DNA of 64,000 nucleotides from Lepidodermella squamata (GCA_047495785.1 JBLDXI010000030.1:496001-560000); one strand, 5' to 3'; positions 10,409-19,215 are shown, counted from the stretch's first letter. Translations and numbers: made by a program. The notes: generated from the letters alone by a model not told the origin.

Positions 10409-11110
10409 ATGATTAATTTCGATGATATAGTTTCCAAAGGCAGTAATAATTATATAAATCCAAATCCGTTTTTCCCACAGCATCCTGCTAGAATATTAAT
10501 TATCGGGCCTAGTAATTCAGGTAAAACTAATGATTTGCTGAACATCATACATAACTCATTTTTTCATAAAATATACGTTTATTCCAAAACACTTGATGAG
10601 GATAAGTATCAATTTCTAATAAATGTTCAACATCGGAAAGAAGAGGAATTAAAGAAATCGGGTATCTCCGAAAGTCTCATTCATTTTAGCACAGATTTAA
10701 AAGATGTAATACCTATGGAAGATCTGGATAAACGTTATCAACATCTATACATTTTTGATGATGTATGTTTAACCGAAAAGAAAAGTCAAGAAAAATACAT
10801 TGGCGATTTATATATAAGAAGTAGAAAATACAACTGCTCAGTTGTGTATTTATCTCAATCGTATTTCAAAGTTCCAAAAATAATCAGGGACAACGCTTTA
10901 TTCGTTGTGTTAAAGCATTTGAATGATTTTAGAGAGGTTAAAACTATTCATAACATATATGCATCCGAAATAGCAAGAGAAGACTTTATGAAAAAATATG
11001 AAGAAAGCATCAGCACTTACAATCGCCATGGTAGTTTCATTATTGATTGTAATTCCAGGCATAAGTTTCTGAAACTGAGAGCAAACTATGTAGGCATATT
11101 TCATTCGTAA
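10409..11110 (+). CDS. A32/FtsK-like DNA packaging ATPase
   Basis: Walker A GPSNSGKT, Walker B YIFDD, RSRK...YLSQ...IRDN motifs. Confidence 0.93.
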   Translation: MINFDDIVSKGSNNYINPNPFFPQHPARILIIGPSNSGKTNDLLNIIHNSFFHKIYVYSKTLDEDKYQFLINVQHRKEEELKKSGISESLIHFSTDLKDVIPMEDLDKRYQHLYIFDDVCLTEKKSQEKYIGDLYIRSRKYNCSVVYLSQSYFKVPKIIRDNALFVVLKHLNDFREVKTIHNIYASEIAREDFMKKYEESISTYNRHGSFIIDCNSRHKFLKLRANYVGIFHS

Positions 11111-11139
11111 TTATCTAGTCATTGATTAAAAACACTTTC

Positions 11140-12252
11140 ATGACGATCAAAGAACTAACAATACCCGAACAAATTCAAATTTTGAAAAATTTGGAAAAAC
11201 AGGAAAATCTGCACAATCAAAATATCGCCCTTGCCAATGGAGATACATACACTTTGAAGCATAAATATAACGTAGAAACCGAATTGAATCCTCTAGCATC
11301 CATTCAAAATGCGATCAAACAACGACCTGTTGTCAATTCTATAGAAAAATTGAATAATAATTTAACAAGAATGAAACCTGAGGTGATAGCCAAAGAAATA
11401 GCCCAAGAAGTTAAATCTGAACTAAAGCAACCTAAATTGGAACCTTCAAGCCCATTATCAAAAAGTGAGTCATCTGATAGAGATGAAACCACAAATGAAG
11501 AATATCAAAGTGCTCGAGAGCCTGAGATCGATATTAAAAGCATTAATGAGAATGTAATCAAGAAACATAATTTCCCCCTGGTTGATGACATTGAAGCTGA
11601 TAATATTGAAGATGTCATACATGATATATCTGAATATAATAAGAGGGTTTTAGGATCACGTTTAGCTACTTTGACACGTGGCGGTAAAAAAGAATCAGAG
11701 GAATACAATCAAATAAAATTCGAAATTGGAGAACTTAAAAAATACAGGTCAGCATTAGAGAAACTAACTGGGGAACAGAGTGGCAGCGGATTTGCTAAAC
11801 CAATTCCAAAAAATTTAATAAAATTTGGGAAATATTATGCTAAGATTAAAGATCTTGCGAGTAACAAATTATGCATTAGGAAGAAAAATAATGCGATAGT
11901 TTTTAATATGAATATAACCAATGGAGTAAAACATTTGTTATTCAAAAACTACGATCCAAAGAAGTACAACTATACGAATGAAGATATTGACGTGTATAAA
12001 GAAATAATAAGAAAGACCAATTTCGAACCTAAAAAACATTCCAAGGTAAATAGGGTTATAAAAGGAGAATCACTATTTCTGAATGTCAAGGATGCAAAAA
12101 CAAGACTATTACATTGCATTGGTGAAATAAAAGCCGGTAACAACAATAAAGAAATTAAAAATGAATTAGTATCCATAGCTGATTTACTTCTGAAACATAA
12201 AAATATCTCAGATGCAGAATACAAGAATGTTTGCACGTTCGCCGGCGTGTGA
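11140..12252 (+). CDS. Polinton virion-module protein of unknown function
   Basis: Long ORF between ATPase and minor capsid (first ATG 11140); internal QSGSG site; C-terminal GEIKAGNNN...NEL motif. Confidence 0.7.
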   Translation: MTIKELTIPEQIQILKNLEKQENLHNQNIALANGDTYTLKHKYNVETELNPLASIQNAIKQRPVVNSIEKLNNNLTRMKPEVIAKEIAQEVKSELKQPKLEPSSPLSKSESSDRDETTNEEYQSAREPEIDIKSINENVIKKHNFPLVDDIEADNIEDVIHDISEYNKRVLGSRLATLTRGGKKESEEYNQIKFEIGELKKYRSALEKLTGEQSGSGFAKPIPKNLIKFGKYYAKIKDLASNKLCIRKKNNAIVFNMNITNGVKHLLFKNYDPKKYNYTNEDIDVYKEIIRKTNFEPKKHSKVNRVIKGESLFLNVKDAKTRLLHCIGEIKAGNNNKEIKNELVSIADLLLKHKNISDAEYKNVCTFAGV

Positions 12253-12306
12253 ACGTTGGCACGTTTGCAATATTTGTAAATTCGCCAATATCTAACTTAA
12301 TACTAA

Positions 12307-13047
12307 ATGAGTATGATATTTTTGCCATTAGAAAATAATCAGAATAACAAGTCAACACTAAATAATACTATAGATCGCTATCTTAATCAAAAGATCAACT
12401 TTTCAGGACGGAAAATAGCTGTTTCCTATATTCATTTTTATGACACATTTCATAATGTTTCTGGGAAATATAATAACAACAAACTAAAATACATAACAGA
12501 AGGTGAAACATTTGAGGTTACATTTCCTGATGGGACCTATACTTACAAAGATTTTGATAATTACTTACACTTCTCCATGAAAAATAATAATCACTATTCC
12601 CTGGATAAGGAATCAGGGGTTGAAATTTATCCAATAAATCTCGTGGTAAATAGTGTATTTTCTTGTCTCAGCATTAGGATATCAGAGAAATCTAGCCTTT
12701 TAATAGAATCTGACGGGATTTCAAAATTTTTAGGAATCGAAATTGGAAATTACGATAGTGATTTCAATTCTCAGAAAATACCTGACATCACAATGGGGTT
12801 TGATACTTTATTTGTTCATTGCAATGTTGTTGATAATTCTATAATTCCTGAATATAACACAGTCATTTTCACATGTCCCATGAATAGGAGGTTCGGTGAG
12901 CATGTAAATATAACACCGAATGAAAAACGGTATTTAGATTGTAATAACGCAAATACGCAAAATATTAAAATCTGGCTGACAAACCAAGACGGATTGCCTA
13001 TTCACTTTGTTGAAAACAAATGGGGCATTGGATTGGATATTTTATGA
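12307..13047 (+). CDS. Minor capsid protein (penton)
   Basis: 246 aa, beta-rich; HNVS...NN, FPDGTY, LFVHCNVV, IWLTNQDG.PI.F pattern typical of polinton pentons; position in the module. Confidence 0.8.
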   Translation: MSMIFLPLENNQNNKSTLNNTIDRYLNQKINFSGRKIAVSYIHFYDTFHNVSGKYNNNKLKYITEGETFEVTFPDGTYTYKDFDNYLHFSMKNNNHYSLDKESGVEIYPINLVVNSVFSCLSIRISEKSSLLIESDGISKFLGIEIGNYDSDFNSQKIPDITMGFDTLFVHCNVVDNSIIPEYNTVIFTCPMNRRFGEHVNITPNEKRYLDCNNANTQNIKIWLTNQDGLPIHFVENKWGIGLDIL

Positions 13048-13068
13048 AATTTCTAGTTTGATAATAAA

Positions 13069-13380
13069 ATGAAACAGAAATCTATAAAGGTTTATATTCA
13101 GGGTAGAGGATTTGCTGAAGTGAGTAGGCAATTATTAGGGAAATTAATTAGCATAGGTAGAGAACCAGTTCAGTCTTTATTAAAATCTGCTTTGAAATCT
13201 GGAAGTGAAACAGTAGGCGATAAATTGGGGAATTATGTAGCAGACGCAATTACTGAAAAATTAATTCCTGATTCAAAACAAAATATAAAAGCCATCGAAG
13301 AATTGGAAAATAAAATTAAAAAAGAGATTGCTGATTATAGTTCTGGTAAAGTCGTTGGCAAAGGGTTCAAAAAAATCTAG
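13069..13380 (+). CDS. Small basic core-like protein with GxG sites
   Basis: 103 aa, IQGRGF and VVGKGF; TCTAG upstream. Confidence 0.7.
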   Translation: MKQKSIKVYIQGRGFAEVSRQLLGKLISIGREPVQSLLKSALKSGSETVGDKLGNYVADAITEKLIPDSKQNIKAIEELENKIKKEIADYSSGKVVGKGFKKI

Positions 13381-13393
13381 TTATATTGATAAA

Positions 13394-14773
13394 ATGTTAC
13401 AGCAAGAAATCATTAACAATCTGTTTGAAACCAACGAAATTGATGACAGATTATTTGAGAAGAAGGTATGGACTGAAACTCCCGCGCAGAATTTCATTCA
13501 GGATAGTCAGAGCCAACCAAACAAATTAATTTTTTCAACGATAAACTTGAAAGACAATTTTCTATTAGTTCGGGAAGGGTACATTGAATTTCAGCTTCAC
13601 TTTGTCAGAAATAATGCTAAGGATTTTGCTGCTACTGATAAATACGCTATTCGCAATCATGTACTAAGTTTATTCGAATCAATTGAAATTCAAATTTCAG
13701 ACAGTGATCATAAAATTGAAGAATTGAGATTCACCGAACATTGGGCAAATATCAACTTCTTGTTAAAATGGAGTAAAGAATATGCTGAGACGTATGGAGA
13801 AGAATCGTTGTTTTCTAGGGATTGTCCATTGCCAAGAGCAACAAGAACACTTAGCGAAGATGTAACAGCTGATTCATTTGACGGATCCAAAGCTACTGCG
13901 AATAATGGCCTTATTGTAAGGAGTTCATTTGTAAAAAGTAACCAAATGATATGTACTCTGTTCTTGAAAGATCTTCCATTTTTCAATTCATTCAATGGTA
14001 TTTTCACCAAATCAAGATTCAGAATTATATTAACCCCGAATTATAGTAAAAGCCTAATATATGTCATTGCAGATGCAGCCACGGGTGAAACTGCTGGCAT
14101 GACATATAAAATATCGAAAGCAAATCTGATGATTCCAGAAGTTACGCTCATGAATAAAAATAAGTTGGAAGTTTTAGAAAAATTCAATTCAGGATTTTCA
14201 AAAGTTCACAAATGGATGTCGATCGAACCATTCCAATCACAGCAATTTGCAAATAATATTCAGAATATTCAATGGACAGTGTCAACAGAAATTAAGAAAC
14301 CAAATTACATTTATTTAGTATTAATTCCTGATTATACTGATACTGAAATACCTAAAAAATTAAACCAGATATACAACCTATGGAACATTACTTCATATTC
14401 TTTGTTGATTAATAACAAGGAAGCTTTTAATGAGTCAAATGTTAGTTTTAATTCATTGAAGGCCCATAAATTATATCAATATATAAAACAGAATATGTCT
14501 CAATCAGGTGACAGAGAAAGTTTAAATATAGGATCACAAATTTCATATCTTGATTTCTGCAATTTGTATAGAATCTTATGTTTCAATCTAAATGATATCG
14601 ATGCAAGTTCAATATATAATTCACGTGCTGATAATACTTGTTCAATCGTTTTCAAAGCTACTGTTGGAGCAGTTAATAAACCATTAGTAATTTATAGCTT
14701 TATTGAACGTGAAAAAGAAATCGCGTTTAATTATAAGCATGGAACTTTGGATATTTCTCTGCAAAGTCTATGA
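13394..14773 (+). CDS. Major capsid protein (double jelly-roll, hexon-like), 459 aa
   Basis: Size, beta-rich composition and position in the morphogenetic module; likely start ATG 13394, 13 nt after TCTAG. Confidence 0.82.
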   Translation: MLQQEIINNLFETNEIDDRLFEKKVWTETPAQNFIQDSQSQPNKLIFSTINLKDNFLLVREGYIEFQLHFVRNNAKDFAATDKYAIRNHVLSLFESIEIQISDSDHKIEELRFTEHWANINFLLKWSKEYAETYGEESLFSRDCPLPRATRTLSEDVTADSFDGSKATANNGLIVRSSFVKSNQMICTLFLKDLPFFNSFNGIFTKSRFRIILTPNYSKSLIYVIADAATGETAGMTYKISKANLMIPEVTLMNKNKLEVLEKFNSGFSKVHKWMSIEPFQSQQFANNIQNIQWTVSTEIKKPNYIYLVLIPDYTDTEIPKKLNQIYNLWNITSYSLLINNKEAFNESNVSFNSLKAHKLYQYIKQNMSQSGDRESLNIGSQISYLDFCNLYRILCFNLNDIDASSIYNSRADNTCSIVFKATVGAVNKPLVIYSFIEREKEIAFNYKHGTLDISLQSL

Positions 14774-14798
14774 AAAGAAAATCTAGTCTTCCAATAAA

Positions 14799-15416
14799 AT
14801 GAGTAGATATTTTGAATATGAAATTCCTCTGTCTGATGGGCAAATTCAAAAATTACAATCAGGGATAAATAATAGGAAATGCATAACATTGCTAATAAGT
14901 AAGAAAGATATTCATTCAAAAACTAACTTGAAAAAAGTGTTCCTTACGAAATCCCAAATCAATAAAATAGAAAAACATAGAACTATGAACACGGGAGTGG
15001 AAGTACAATTTAGCCTTTCACAGTTAAAAAAGAACCAAACAGGCGGAATGATTCCTTTACTGCCGATATTAGCGAAAGTTGGATCAATTGCTGCCCCATT
15101 GGCCATTTCTGCAGTATCTGGTTTAGTCAATTCAGCTGCTAATGCAATAGGCAATAAACTTGCAGGGAATGGCGTAACTGAAAATGTGAATCTCAATATT
15201 CCTAAAAAGGATTTGGCTGAGATTATCAAATACATTGATGTTTTGGAAAATAAAAATATACTACCTGGCGGATCTAAATCAGCATCTGAGAAAGATATTG
15301 AACAGAGTGGCGGCGCATTTGTTCTACCGCTGATTGCTAGTTTATTGGGTACGTTTTTACCCACATTATTCCAGAAAGGAAATGGCATATATTTGCCATG
15401 GGAGTCAAAAAACTGA
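14799..15416 (+). CDS. Core/membrane-active precursor with adenovirus pX-like GG-hydrophobic helices
   Basis: QTGG|MIPLLPIL, QSGG|AFVLPLIASLLG, AGNG and KGNG motifs. Confidence 0.75.
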   Translation: MSRYFEYEIPLSDGQIQKLQSGINNRKCITLLISKKDIHSKTNLKKVFLTKSQINKIEKHRTMNTGVEVQFSLSQLKKNQTGGMIPLLPILAKVGSIAAPLAISAVSGLVNSAANAIGNKLAGNGVTENVNLNIPKKDLAEIIKYIDVLENKNILPGGSKSASEKDIEQSGGAFVLPLIASLLGTFLPTLFQKGNGIYLPWESKN

Positions 15417-15853
15417 AAAAATTCTTCCCTCTTTCAAATAGGCAAATTGATAATATTTTATCTATGAAATTGGGGAGAGAATACAGCGGATGCTTTCCGC
15501 GAGATGGCCTACCGTATGTTTTGAAAAATGGTTATTATGTCATAAATTTAGATAATCAATCTGGAACGCATTGGGTATGCATGCAAGTGACTGATAGCAA
15601 TATAGTTTATTTTGATAGCTTCGGATTTATATGCCCAAATGAAATAATAGTTAGAAAAGCTGCGAGGGATATATATTACAACACCCATGAGATTCAAAAT
15701 ATGAAATCGGTGGCCTGCGGTTTTTACTGTATCTATTTTTTGTGTGAATTGTACAGAGGCCGAGATAAACTTGAGATACTGCTGGATTTCGAGAACAATA
15801 ACAATCTCTCGAACGACTTGAAATTGATGAAATGGTTTAATGATAACTTCTAG
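15398..15853 (+). CDS. Adenain-like (C5) cysteine maturation protease
   Basis: GTHWV (His), YFDSFG (Asp), IQ...ACGFYC (Gln, Cys). Confidence 0.92.
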   Translation: MGVKKLKKFFPLSNRQIDNILSMKLGREYSGCFPRDGLPYVLKNGYYVINLDNQSGTHWVCMQVTDSNIVYFDSFGFICPNEIIVRKAARDIYYNTHEIQNMKSVACGFYCIYFLCELYRGRDKLEILLDFENNNNLSNDLKLMKWFNDNF

Positions 15854-15866
15854 TTAGAATGTAAGA

Positions 15867-15998
15867 ATGTTTTGTATGAAATGTAAAATCGTTACTGGGA
15901 ATGCTAATGAGCAAATTGCATATACAAAAAATAAGAAAAAAGTCTTAAAATGTATATGCATTTTATGCAAGTCCAAAAAGTGTAAATTTATTACTTGA
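15867..15998 (+). CDS. 43-aa zinc-ribbon protein (DUF5679-like), absent from the ORF track
   Basis: MFCMKCK...TKNKKKVLKCICILCKSKKCKF; TCTAG 13 nt upstream. Confidence 0.75.
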   Translation: MFCMKCKIVTGNANEQIAYTKNKKKVLKCICILCKSKKCKFIT

Positions 15999-16029
15999 AG
16001 CTTTGTTACTGTTATTAGGTAAGTTGCTA

Positions 16030-16524
16030 ATGGAAAGAAAAATGACTGATGAAGAGCTTTTCGATTTGCATTACAAAATCGATAGAAGTGGGTCATATGA
16101 AAACCTTGCACACAAATATATGACTTGCGAAGTTTGCAACATTGATCTATTTCCTGATTATCATGAAAATTTCAATATTTGTACGTCTTGCGGCCGATGC
16201 TATCCTTATTGTAATCCTGAAGGTAGCACCAGGTTTTCGCCGCCTTACAAAAGGGCGTGGCATATCATGTCTGTTATCAGAAAGCATGACTTACACATTA
16301 ATGGTAATGAGCAAGACAAAATCATGAATTTATACAAAGAATTAGATAGACTATATTTCAAGAAATTTCCAAAGAAAAATATGATACATATACTATTTGT
16401 GTTACAATATATGTGTAAAAAATTAGGCTTTGTACATATAGCCCAAAGAATCAAGATTATAAAAAATGAAAAACTTTTGAAAAAATGGGACGATAAATTA
16501 AATCTAGTATTTAACCAAGAATGA
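16030..16524 (+). CDS. VLTF3-like (poxvirus A2/NCLDV late transcription factor-like) protein
   Basis: CxxC...CxxCG zinc ribbon then YKR..H, KN...FVL..., IK..KL...D pattern. Confidence 0.6.
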   Translation: MERKMTDEELFDLHYKIDRSGSYENLAHKYMTCEVCNIDLFPDYHENFNICTSCGRCYPYCNPEGSTRFSPPYKRAWHIMSVIRKHDLHINGNEQDKIMNLYKELDRLYFKKFPKKNMIHILFVLQYMCKKLGFVHIAQRIKIIKNEKLLKKWDDKLNLVFNQE

Positions 16525-17255
16525 AAAGCTCCGTAATTTTTATCCCTAAAGAATGGAATGAACATAGCAAAAATAAAGGAAACGATAAATATATACGAAG
16601 TGATGGATCAGTGCCATTTGATGGAAATGTAAATATGAATAATAAAAGGATAGAGAATGTTGGCGACCCTGTGCATAATAGCGATGCAGTTAATCTGAAA
16701 GCTTTCGTGACAGAACGTGAGAAATTTATAAAGGGCTGTGAAGATAAACTAACATCACATGTTTCGACTTACAATACGTTCAAAGCCAAAGTTGAACAGG
16801 ATATGACGAAAATATCCGGTTTAAATCGGGAAAATATGTCTCTTTTTATGTCTGGGCATAATAGCATTGAAAATAAGAAATTCCTAGCATTTAATATTTT
16901 ACATTCTACTCATATGTCAATCGATAGCAGTGGTGCTTTTTCAGAGGGAGACGACGAAGGAGATGCGATTTTACCTGGTTCAGTGGCAATTAAGGAACCC
17001 CTTTTTGCCCGCATACAGCTGTGGATAGCCGTAAATGGAGAAAGCACCTCAATCGCGATCAGCCTAGTGAAGAATGAGCATCAAGTTTTGGGGAATAAAT
17101 ACTCCACATATAATCAGCTCGGAGAAACACGTTTAGAACACTTGGAAATGATTGAAAACTTTGATAGAGGTGATAAATTTCAGGTTTTATTGACAACCAA
17201 GTCTAAAATAACTTGTAAATTTTATCTAAGAATTTCTAGTTTATTATATAAATGA
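16521..17255 (+). CDS. Fibre/spike-like protein with beta-rich (possibly C1q/TNF-like) head
   Basis: DGS..F.G..NM...RI.NV.DP....DA.N shaft motif, coiled segment, C-terminal F..GD.F.V strand pattern. Confidence 0.6.
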   Translation: MKSSVIFIPKEWNEHSKNKGNDKYIRSDGSVPFDGNVNMNNKRIENVGDPVHNSDAVNLKAFVTEREKFIKGCEDKLTSHVSTYNTFKAKVEQDMTKISGLNRENMSLFMSGHNSIENKKFLAFNILHSTHMSIDSSGAFSEGDDEGDAILPGSVAIKEPLFARIQLWIAVNGESTSIAISLVKNEHQVLGNKYSTYNQLGETRLEHLEMIENFDRGDKFQVLLTTKSKITCKFYLRISSLLYK

Positions 17256-17860
17256 CCGAGCATAATATTTATCCAACAGCCCCTAAATTGGAAACGCGTT
17301 TAGAAACAAACAGTACTCAGGAATTTAGGATTAGTGAAATTAAAAAACTAAAAGAAGTAATGAAAAACGAGATTGATTTTCGCCTTAAATGCTACGATAA
17401 GTATAAGAGATCAGCTAATGCACTTAATGGTGTTAATATCGGCCTGTCATCGATGTCAATTGGACTTGGCGTAGGAGGAATAGGGCTGCTAACAACTATA
17501 ATAAGCACTCCTATAGTTATTGTTTTAGAAGCTATTTCTATCGGATCTGGACTTGTTAGTATTGGGTTTGGTATTGGTGCTAAGCAGCTCATGAAAAAGG
17601 CTGAAAAGCATGAGAGATTGTGCATGCTAGCTATAAGCAAGCTGAACTCGATAAATGATCTAATATCGAAAGCACTGAATGACAATTTCATTAGTGATAG
17701 TGAGTATAAAATCATAACTAAAGAATATGAAAAATACTTAGAGATGAAGTCTCCGATTAAAAAAGATTTAGATAGTAAATCTTCTGTTAGTGATAAAGAA
17801 ATAAAAAAGGAGTTCATAAAAAAGATCCAAGAATTACAATTAGATGTAAAAAGTCGATAA
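17252..17860 (+). CDS. Two-TM membrane-active protein (adintovirus 'gasderminX'-like) with N-terminal PTAP
   Basis: IYPTAP, Gly-rich hydrophobic hairpin, KHE...LA.SKLNSI..LISKAL.D..IS..E motif. Confidence 0.72.
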   Translation: MTEHNIYPTAPKLETRLETNSTQEFRISEIKKLKEVMKNEIDFRLKCYDKYKRSANALNGVNIGLSSMSIGLGVGGIGLLTTIISTPIVIVLEAISIGSGLVSIGFGIGAKQLMKKAEKHERLCMLAISKLNSINDLISKALNDNFISDSEYKIITKEYEKYLEMKSPIKKDLDSKSSVSDKEIKKEFIKKIQELQLDVKSR

Positions 17861-18151
17861 TTCATTTGAATATTCATACGGCCGAACAGGATAGCCGAAA
17901 TTTAACTTTGGGCTTGGCACCTTTCTCGAATTCTGAGAATCTGCCACCTTATTCACCCTAATAATTGTTGGCTTCTTAGCTGAATACTCCTTACGTAATT
18001 TCAGTCCAACGTAGCCACTAATAATCACCAAAAAGATTACACATGTATACATAACTATCGTTTTCATTTCCAAATTGTTGATGTGGGCAGCTTTAACAAT
18101 TTCCTTGGTATGCCTTAACATCTCTTCCATGTAACTACAGGAATCGTGCAT
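17840..18151 (-). CDS. Small single-pass membrane protein
   Basis: 103 aa, TM segment IVMYTCVIFLVIISGYVGL; TATATAG upstream. Confidence 0.6.
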   Translation of the reverse strand: MHDSCSYMEEMLRHTKEIVKAAHINNLEMKTIVMYTCVIFLVIISGYVGLKLRKEYSAKKPTIIRVNKVADSQNSRKVPSPKLNFGYPVRPYEYSNELSTFYI

Positions 18152-18163
18152 TTTTATTTTTTA

Positions 18164-18529
18164 CTATATACTCTCCCTGAGATTTTTCATTTCAGTGAGA
18201 AATTCTTTGATTTCGAGCTTTGCTTTCTCTTTCCTCTCTTTCTGACTTACTTTTCTAATTTCAGCCTGTTTTTCTTGTTGCTGCTTAGTAGTTAAGAAGC
18301 TGTTATAAAGAGACTCAAACTTAATCTTCTCTTTTTCCATGTCTAACAATTTTCGCTCAATGTCTTTCGCCGATCCTTTTTTCATCTTTTCGAGTTCCCT
18401 GTACTGTTTACTTAACGTTTTGAATCCTACGGAAATATCCTTAATTTCTTGTTTTAACTGCTCTTGGATGCTTTCATTATCATCCAACATTTCATCCACT
18501 TCTGTCAGCGCTATGAATGTACCTGGCAT
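18164..18529 (-). CDS. Coiled-coil protein, tandem copy 1
   Basis: 121 aa, E/K-rich heptads; paralog of 18614-18895. Confidence 0.7.
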   Translation of the reverse strand: MPGTFIALTEVDEMLDDNESIQEQLKQEIKDISVGFKTLSKQYRELEKMKKGSAKDIERKLLDMEKEKIKFESLYNSFLTTKQQQEKQAEIRKVSQKERKEKAKLEIKEFLTEMKNLRESI

Positions 18530-18613
18530 GTCTATATTAGTAGTCGAGAAATTTATTTTCGCTTTCTTCTCGCCTGAACTTTATTCATCGGCAAAATTTT
18601 TAGTGGATATTGA

Positions 18614-18895
18614 TTATTTTCTAATTTCAGCCTGTTTTTCTTGTTGCTGATTAGCAGTTAAGAGGCTGCTATAAAGAGACTCGAACTTAATCTTCTCTTT
18701 TTCCATGTCTAACAATTTTCGCTCAATTTCTTTCTCCGATCCTTTTTTCATCTTTTCGAGTTCCCTGTACTGTTTACTTAACGTTTTGTATCCTACGGAA
18801 ATATCCTTAATTTCTTGTTTACACCGCTCTAGGATGCTTTCATAATCTTCCATCATTTCAATCACTTCTGTCAGCGCTACGAATGTATCTGGCAT
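18614..18895 (-). CDS. Coiled-coil protein, tandem copy 2 (C-terminally truncated)
   Basis: 366-bp tandem duplication; ORF stops at the duplication junction. Confidence 0.65.
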   Translation of the reverse strand: MPDTFVALTEVIEMMEDYESILERCKQEIKDISVGYKTLSKQYRELEKMKKGSEKEIERKLLDMEKEKIKFESLYSSLLTANQQQEKQAEIRK

Positions 18896-18918
18896 GTCTA
18901 TATAAGTTGTGGAGAAAT

Positions 18919-19215
18919 TTATTTTCGCTTTCTTCTCGCCTGAACCTCATTCATTGACATAATTTTTACTGGATACTGATTATTCTCTTCCGGGGGTAGT
19001 AAATTCACCTTAATATTGCCTCCATGCTGATGTTTATAGCCGGAGTTTTCTCTAAATTCTTGATTCGAGCCTAGCCATTTCTGTAAATTATAATATATCA
19101 TCCCTTTGCTCACGTTGAATTTCGCCGCAATTTGTAATACAGGAGTTTTGCCTTTAAAATATTCTTCAATAATTTTGGCTTTAGTTTCTGTGCTTATTTG
19201 TTTCGTTCTCAACAT
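18919..19215 (-). CDS. Helix-turn-helix DNA-binding protein
   Basis: STETKAKII...VLQIAAKFNVSKGMIY HTH pattern; basic C-terminus RRRKRK-like. Confidence 0.7.
   Translation of the reverse strand: MLRTKQISTETKAKIIEEYFKGKTPVLQIAAKFNVSKGMIYYNLQKWLGSNQEFRENSGYKHQHGGNIKVNLLPPEENNQYPVKIMSMNEVQARRKRK

Larger units (their letters stand above)
10347..17239. promoter_or_regulatory. Recurrent TCTA(G/A) motif 11-13 nt upstream of nine start codons (candidate late promoter)
   Basis: Motifs at 10351-10347(-), 10391, 12291, 13052, 13376, 14782, 15849, 16503 and 17235; a tenth at 11115 lies 21 nt from the 11140 ATG. Confidence 0.7.

Noticed and set aside
13328-13393. ORF-track N-terminal extensions from non-ATG starts (13328, 11122, 16003, 29139, 28901)
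   Set aside because: Eukaryotic context; downstream ATGs fit promoter spacing or signal peptides
16017-16024. Perfect AG|GTAAGT donors just before the VLTF3-like ATG and the HTH ATG (19215, minus strand)
   Set aside because: No acceptor or spliced product could be assigned from sequence alone
12301-17254. Poxvirus-like TAAATG late initiator at several Polinton ATGs
   Set aside because: Host genes here also start TAAAATG/AAAAATG, so it is explained by A-rich Kozak context
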